In this document: in pieces, positions 59,256-64,000 of the stretch
Numbering within the stretch: the first letter of the stretch is position 1
Layout: each line of letters opens with the position of its first letter
From: Coriobacteriales bacterium
GTDB taxonomy: Bacteria; Actinomycetota; Coriobacteriia; Coriobacteriales; UBA8131
DNA: 64,000 bases
Direction: 5' to 3'
Assembly: GCA_031282405.1 (NCBI GenBank)
Contig: JAITDU010000033.1
Coordinates: 5,857 to 69,856, forward strand
Position numbers and translations under genes: made by a program
Notes under the pieces: model-generated
What the model was told of the DNA's origin: nothing
The model's input: the letters and a program-made list of their open reading frames with translations, nothing else
Databases searched by the model: none

Positions 59256-59367
59256 CAATGACGGGATGCGATTGCCTACTCTGGCCGACGTAAGTCAGAC
59301 AGGTACGGACGCAAGTCAGTTAGGTACGGACGTGAGGCAGTTGGGGTGTATCAGAAGAGGGAGACAC

Positions 59368-60420
59368 TTACGCCTGGTATCTCGCGTGGGAGTCCATGGC
59401 ATCGCGAAGCAATTGTTCTATGAACACTCCAAAGGGAGTGTGAGCGGTTGCGCAGGCCATCGGAATAAGAGAATGTTCTGTCATACCGGGCGAGACGCTG
59501 ACGTCCAGTATCTGGGGCTTTGTGCCGTCCCATATCAAATCGACGCGGCTGATGTCGCGGCAATCCAAAGCCCTGTGTACTTCAAGCGCCGCCTGCTCGA
59601 TGAGTTCGCGCGCCTGGGCAGCCTTGGCCGGGTCTGCGTTAAGCGACGCGGGTCGCACCGGACAATAGTAATCGACCAGATCGGTGTCCTGGCGGGCCTC
59701 AATGTCAAAGAACCCCTGTTTGGGCACTATCTCTACAGGTGGCAGTACCCGAGCACCTGGGCCGGTGCCGACGACTCCCACGGCCAGTTCCACCCCTTTT
59801 ATCCACTGCTCGATGATGACAGCGGTGTCATAAGACAGGGCATCAATGATAGCCGGGCCCAGGTCGTCGAACTTTTCGACTTTGGTTACGCCCATGGCCG
59901 AGCCGCCCCGAGCCGGCTTGACAGCCAGGGGATAACCATCGGGCAGGCGCTGTGCCACCAGATCGAGGGCGGTCGCAGCACCCATATCCTTGAAGGAAAT
60001 TGATGCCAGCGAGATGGCCTTGGGCCAGGAGGCCGGACCGTCGGGCGCGTTGGTGTTGACGTCAGCCCTTGCATCGAGCAGGCGACGATAGGTGCTCAGC
60101 GCATGTGGTAGGCTGGACTTGTTCCAGGCAATACGGCAGACAGCCGATGTGGACCCCACATAGGGGATATCCAGATACTCCAAGAGCGCTTGGATCGTGC
60201 CGTCCTCGCCGCCTTTGCCGTGCAGGGCAATGTAGACCGCATCGATGTTTTGTGTCCGCAGCGTCTCTACCAGGCTGGATTCAGTGTCCAGATGCAGGAC
60301 TTCGTGCCCTCTTTCCTTGAGTGCATTCGTAATGTTCTGACCGCTTTCCAAGGAGAACTCCCGCTCATGCGAGCTGCCGCCCATCAAAACTGCTATTTTA
60401 TATGACACTTTTTTGCTCAT
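59368..60420 (-). CDS. ddl: D-alanine--D-alanine ligase
   Basis: 350 aa. KIAVLMGGSSHEREFSLESGQNI...ALHGKGGEDGTIQALLEYLDIPYVGS... is a typical Ddl ATP-grasp protein. Confidence 0.9.
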   Translation of the reverse strand: MSKKVSYKIAVLMGGSSHEREFSLESGQNITNALKERGHEVLHLDTESSLVETLRTQNIDAVYIALHGKGGEDGTIQALLEYLDIPYVGSTSAVCRIAWNKSSLPHALSTYRRLLDARADVNTNAPDGPASWPKAISLASISFKDMGAATALDLVAQRLPDGYPLAVKPARGGSAMGVTKVEKFDDLGPAIIDALSYDTAVIIEQWIKGVELAVGVVGTGPGARVLPPVEIVPKQGFFDIEARQDTDLVDYYCPVRPASLNADPAKAAQARELIEQAALEVHRALDCRDISRVDLIWDGTKPQILDVSVSPGMTEHSLIPMACATAHTPFGVFIEQLLRDAMDSHARYQA

Positions 60421-60550
60421 GGCGCTTCTCCCTCGGCTCTTCTCCTTCGGCGCTTTTTTGGAGTATCGTATTCAGTGGTTGTTGCGCGGTGCACCTTTTG
60501 CGGGGCCTTTTTCTGCGGAGACTTTGCCTGCGTCATCCTTATCATCATGA

Positions 60551-61819
60551 TCATCTTTTGAGCACACCGGCGGCGATAAATGCCCGGTACAGTTTCAGGC
60601 GATCCTCAATGACCTCGGCCAGGCGTACGATGGCCTCGCGGAGCTTGGCGGGCTCTTCGTAACAAAAGGCGATGCGCATGGCGTTTTTGCCCAGGCCACT
60701 ACCCGCCGGATAACAACCGTCGCCAGGTACGAAGGTAACGCCGCGATCCAGCGCGGTGGGCAACATCTGAGTGGTGTCCATATAAGGAGGCAACGTGACC
60801 CAGACAAAAAATCCGCCCGTGGGGTGCGTCCACATGGCCTCGGGCGGGAACAACTCCTCAAGTGCTGCTAACATGGCATCGCGACGGGCGTGATAGTGTC
60901 TGGCCAACATTGCCAGATTACCGCGCCAGTCGACGTCTTTGAAGTAATGCTCAACGATGACCTGGTTCAGCGCTGAACCGCACAGGTCGCTGCCTTGTTT
61001 GACCATGTTCAACTTGGCCAGCACCGGATGGGGTGCTATGACCCAACCCGTACGCAGGCCCGGCGCAAAGATCTTGGACACCGTACCCAGGTAGACCACT
61101 TTGGCATCGAGCGACCGCAAGCAGGGTACCGACTCGCCGCTGTAGCGCAGCCGCCCATAGGGGTCGTCCTCAATGACAAGTATCTCATATTCGTTAGCTA
61201 ACTCCAGAAGCTGCCTACGGCGCTCAAGGCTCATCGTGACTCCGCCGGGGTTGTGAAAGTTGGGGATGGTGTAGATGAATTTGGGCTTGATGTGGTTTTG
61301 GGCCAGCCGTTTGAGCTCTGTGGCCAGGGTGCTCGTAAGCATGCCATCTTCGTCGAAGGGAATGGTTACCACCCGGGGTTCGTAGGCCGAGAACGCCTGG
61401 AGAGCACCCAGATAGGTGGGGCCTTCGGTTATGATGACGTCACCTTTGTTGATGAACACCTTGCCCAGCAGGTCTAAAGCCTGTTGAGCTCCGGTGGTGA
61501 TCGTAATATCGTCGGTGTTGATGTGGATATCGAAGTCGTGCATCAGGGTGGCTACCACCTCTTTGGTCTGAACACGCCCGGTCGTGTCGCCATACTGCAG
61601 CGCCGAAACCCCTTCTTTGAGCACAGCGTCTGCCGCGACCTGGCTCACGAGGTCGAGAGGCAGGCTGTTAATATTGGGCATGCCGCCAGAAAGCGAGATG
61701 ATGTCGGTGCGCGAGGCTGCCGCGAACAGATCGCGCACAGCACTGGTGCGCATCGATTCTACGCGTTGGGCATAGCCATCCTGCCACTCGTCAAACTGTA
61801 TCAAGCCGGGTACATTCAT
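60551..61819 (-). CDS. PLP-dependent aminotransferase, class I/II fold
   Basis: 422 aa. ...IYTIPNFHNPGGVTMS...LVIEDDPYGRLRY...YLGTVSKIFAPGLRTGW... (Schiff-base Lys in SKIF) matches the aminotransferase pattern. Substrate not assignable. Confidence 0.8.
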   Translation of the reverse strand: MNVPGLIQFDEWQDGYAQRVESMRTSAVRDLFAAASRTDIISLSGGMPNINSLPLDLVSQVAADAVLKEGVSALQYGDTTGRVQTKEVVATLMHDFDIHINTDDITITTGAQQALDLLGKVFINKGDVIITEGPTYLGALQAFSAYEPRVVTIPFDEDGMLTSTLATELKRLAQNHIKPKFIYTIPNFHNPGGVTMSLERRRQLLELANEYEILVIEDDPYGRLRYSGESVPCLRSLDAKVVYLGTVSKIFAPGLRTGWVIAPHPVLAKLNMVKQGSDLCGSALNQVIVEHYFKDVDWRGNLAMLARHYHARRDAMLAALEELFPPEAMWTHPTGGFFVWVTLPPYMDTTQMLPTALDRGVTFVPGDGCYPAGSGLGKNAMRIAFCYEEPAKLREAIVRLAEVIEDRLKLYRAFIAAGVLKR

Positions 61820-61833
61820 GTTTCTATTGTAGT

Positions 61834-62298
61834 CTATGCCAGCGCTACCAGTCTGTTTATCTGCTCAACTGCTTGTTTTATCGCCGTCAGTGTATCGCTG
61901 CCGCTTTGACGAGAGACCCGCACTCGCATAACCTGTCGCCTACGGCTGAGCCAGGTTGTGTTGCCGGCAAAGACCTGGCCTGGGTTAGCTTGCACGAGCA
62001 ATTCTATGGCCAGATGCTCTACGGCATGTGGCAGTAAGGCACCGGTGATCCGGCTACCAAAGCGCTCCTCAGGTCGACCGTTGGGGTGTCTTGCGACGTG
62101 GCCGCTGGGGTGCCCCGCGGTTTGGACGTTGGGGTGCTTCGCGGTTTGGTTGTCAGGGTGTCTTGCGACGTGGCCGCTGGCCGTGTTGCCGCTCTTGCAG
62201 GCATGGTCGGCGAGAGCCGGGTAGTGCCCAAGCAACCGGGCTGCCAGGCCCGACGAGACCGTGAGTGTGCTGCCTGTTATTTGAATATCCACACGCAC
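61834..62298 (-). CDS. Hypothetical 154-aa protein with a central His/Pro-rich repeat insert
   Basis: GTG start. The stop lies 14 nt before the aminotransferase ATG. The centre reads SGHVARHPDNQTAKHPNVQTAGHPSGHVARHPNG and is encoded by DNA direct repeats. Coding status is uncertain. Confidence 0.4.
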   Translation of the reverse strand: MRVDIQITGSTLTVSSGLAARLLGHYPALADHACKSGNTASGHVARHPDNQTAKHPNVQTAGHPSGHVARHPNGRPEERFGSRITGALLPHAVEHLAIELLVQANPGQVFAGNTTWLSRRRQVMRVRVSRQSGSDTLTAIKQAVEQINRLVALA

Positions 62299-62481
62299 AG
62301 ACCGTGCGGTGCTTGTTGTAGAGATGATCTGTAGAGATGGGTGTTTAATGGTGACTCGATGGGTCTTGGTGAGAACTGGAGGCAGGAACAGAAGCAGAAC
62401 TCATAGGAGCATGGTCAGGGCCTGGTCACAGCGCGACCAGATTGCCACGTAGCCCATAGTGTGGGTAGATTCGCCCTCGGT

Positions 62482-63150
62482 TTAATCGACAAAGCGCCAC
62501 TGGATCGTGCGCACTCCCCAACCAAACTCGGGCGTAGGCGCGCCGAACGCCGTACACAGGCCGGGTTGGAGATCGAACAGGCGCTCCGGGTCGGTGATGT
62601 TGCCTACATCGACTATCCTGGTACGCACTACGGTACCGTTATACCTGATCTCTATCGTACGCCCGAGCAGATCGGCATAGTCGATGTCGATGCCAATGTC
62701 GGTGCTGGTCAAGGTGAGTTCGGTACCCAAGGCCGTCCATTGTCCGGCGCTGCTGGGGCCATAGGCCGAAGCTTTAGTAGTAAACCAGCCGGCAGCGTCC
62801 GGCTCGCCAAAACGCTTGATATCGTTGGCGATGGCCGCGGTTTTCTCGGCATCCTCCAAGGTGCGTTCAAGTGGTTGGGCCAACTTGTTGACATTGGCCT
62901 GTTCGTCAGCGCTGCTCAGTTTTGGAGCGGCAAAGCGACTCGTGGGACTGGCCGGCGGCGCAGTGGTAGGAGTTGATTGGATGCGCCCGACACCTATGAT
63001 CTTCTCGGCAGACTCCGTGCTGAACGCCGCAAAAGCCTGCGGATAAAGGCCGATAAGGCCAAGACAGAGCACGGCTGCCAGTATGGCTGCCATTATCAGA
63101 CTCAGAGGACGCGTAAACCCGCGAGACTCCTTAGTCTTTGTTTCCGGCAT
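62482..63150 (-). CDS. Secreted RlpA-like (double-psi beta-barrel) cell-wall protein
   Basis: The track ORF (TTG start at 63180) is trimmed to the ATG at 63150, preceded by AAGGA. Signal/TM LSLIMAAILAAVLCLGLIGLYPQAFA. The C-terminus ASAYGPSSAGQWTALGTEL...LLGRTIEIRYNGTVVRTRIVDVGN...RLFDLQPGLCTAFG resembles the RlpA/DPBB pattern. Confidence 0.6.
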   Translation of the reverse strand: MPETKTKESRGFTRPLSLIMAAILAAVLCLGLIGLYPQAFAAFSTESAEKIIGVGRIQSTPTTAPPASPTSRFAAPKLSSADEQANVNKLAQPLERTLEDAEKTAAIANDIKRFGEPDAAGWFTTKASAYGPSSAGQWTALGTELTLTSTDIGIDIDYADLLGRTIEIRYNGTVVRTRIVDVGNITDPERLFDLQPGLCTAFGAPTPEFGWGVRTIQWRFVD

Positions 63151-63383
63151 CAAACACCCTATCCTTGTATAGTCCAACAAAGGTCCAACAAAGCCGCAGC
63201 CCTAAAATCAAGGCCACCTGGCACCCGCCGTGTTTAGAGTGTGTTTACAGTGCCGGGTCAACAATAATCTCTTTAACCGATAGCCGCTCTGCTTTAGACG
63301 TTAGATCACAGTCGTTCTACCGCCTATTTGCTAAAAAATATAGCTGCTATCAAAAATACCAATTTTGCCGCAAAGACAAAACC

Positions 63384-63403
63384 AGCCGCTTTCTCAAGCG
63401 GCC
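63384..63403. terminator. Orphan terminator-like hairpin in a divergent intergenic region
   Basis: gccgctt (63385-63391), tctc, aagcggc (63396-63402). An A-rich run lies upstream and cttgttt downstream, so it reads as a terminator on either strand. No gene ends here. Confidence 0.3.
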
Positions 63404-63616
63404 TTGTTTAGTGTAGCGCAGTCTTCATAAAAAGCCAAGAGATAATTTTGCGAATGGCCACCCGGCGCACATGGCCACCCGAGGCTCCTCGGGCCGATAG
63501 TGCTATCATAGCATTGGTAAGCCGTGTGCCCTTAACTACGTTTGGCTTGCCTGGCCTGCCAGGCTTACCTGATCCGTCTGGCTTGGCTTGCTATGCTGGT
63601 TATCCAAGGAGCTTAG

Positions 63617-64000
63617 ATGAACCCGGTCATAATTCTCCCCACTTATGTGGGCAGCAAACGATATCGCCCCACGGTAGACATCCTCTCCACCTACGACCAT
63701 GTCACGCCACTCACCCATCAGGGGGAACTTCCGCGCTGTCTGCAAAGTCTCATCGATGTATCTGTTGACGTGCCTATCTATGTGCTCGTAGTTGCCGAGG
63801 CCGGCCTGGAGTCTCAGGCCGCGCACAAGATTGCCGATGTCCTCGACACCTATGCCAATGACCTGGACCTGCACCTGGTAGACTCCGAGGTTTTGGAGCG
63901 GTTTTACGTCCGTGCCGACGCTCTGGGTCTTGGCAACATCAAAGAGGGGGTTGCCTTGGGGGGCTATGGCGCAATCCGCAATCTGGGGCTGATGATAGCG
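63617..64000 (+). CDS. Partial CDS (5' part, runs off the right edge), function unknown, possibly glycosyltransferase-like
   Basis: Not in the ORF track. The ATG at 63617 is preceded by AAGGAG, and hand translation is open for all 128 codons to nt 64000: MNPVIILPTYVGSKRYRPTVDILSTYDHVTPLTHQGELPRCLQSLIDVSVDVPIYVLVVAEAGL... The IILPTY beginning is reminiscent of GT-A folds, but this is weak. Confidence 0.55.
   Translation, partial: MNPVIILPTYVGSKRYRPTVDILSTYDHVTPLTHQGELPRCLQSLIDVSVDVPIYVLVVAEAGLESQAAHKIADVLDTYANDLDLHLVDSEVLERFYVRADALGLGNIKEGVALGGYGAIRNLGLMIA

Noticed and set aside
59027-59293. 88-aa plus-strand ORF and a plus-strand hairpin (ggctatcgc tttt gcgatggcc plus a T-run, about 59075-59110) upstream of the giant gene.
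   Set aside because: The ORF has an implausible sequence and no RBS. The hairpin faces the wrong way to terminate ddl, and no plus-strand gene precedes it. I noted it but cannot interpret it; it may be part of the giant-gene regulatory region.
63181-63420. Possible cyclic-di-AMP (ydaO-type) riboswitch in the leader of the RlpA-like cell-wall gene.
   Set aside because: Reading the minus strand, I found none of the conserved ydaO blocks (GGGGACCCA, GGGGUGAAUC or CCCGAA-type segments). Only an Infernal scan could settle it.
63536-63874. 112-aa minus-strand ORF from the track.
   Set aside because: It is overlapped by a better-supported plus-strand ORF, which has AAGGAG plus an ATG at 63617 and stays open to the window edge. 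The minus-strand ORF is the shadow frame.

Overview
This 64-kb window looks like a moderately GC-rich Gram-positive anaerobe. An actinobacterium of the Coriobacteriia type is only a weak by-eye guess. All domain calls rest on reading motifs in the supplied translations and the DNA; no searches were run.

Layout:
- 1-18.2 kb is housekeeping. It holds a left-edge partial membrane protein and rpmJ (both absent from the ORF track), a MORN-repeat membrane protein, pgi, and the ribosomal alpha-operon tail infA-rpmJ-rpsM-rpsK-rpsD-rpoA-rplQ (minus strand). Divergent from that tail are a CIRCE-controlled groES-groEL, then a lipoprotein, mobB, nrdD-nrdG with an NrdR box, and an HD-GYP phosphodiesterase.
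- 18.5-58.8 kb is about 40 kb with 13 ORFs, all on the minus strand. A compact F1-type rotary ATPase module (c-like, b-like, alpha-like, gamma-like, beta-like, three unknowns) sits between very large surface proteins of 4726, 2055, 555 and 3437 aa, with a coiled-coil lipoprotein.
- 59.4-64 kb holds ddl, a PLP aminotransferase, a small His/Pro-repeat ORF, an RlpA-like wall protein and a right-edge partial ORF.

The ATPase module is the main find:
- Alpha and beta keep the catalytic motifs.
- The c-like proteolipid has no acidic residue in helix 2.
- No a subunit or delta/OSCP is recognisable.
- The module is translationally coupled to unknown membrane proteins.
- I propose an F1-derived motor dedicated to a giant-surface-protein apparatus, conceptually like the mycoplasma F1-like X0 ATPases but in a different gene context.

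Other points:
- A G10 tract just after the best start codon of the 4726-aa gene would switch it off with a +1 or -1 change.
- Two further G9-G11 tracts lie in non-coding DNA.
- Collagen-like Gly triplets sit at equivalent positions in two cluster proteins.
- Candidate operators lie upstream of the giant gene and of the ATPase core.
- No tRNA, rRNA, CRISPR array, transposase or integrase was seen.
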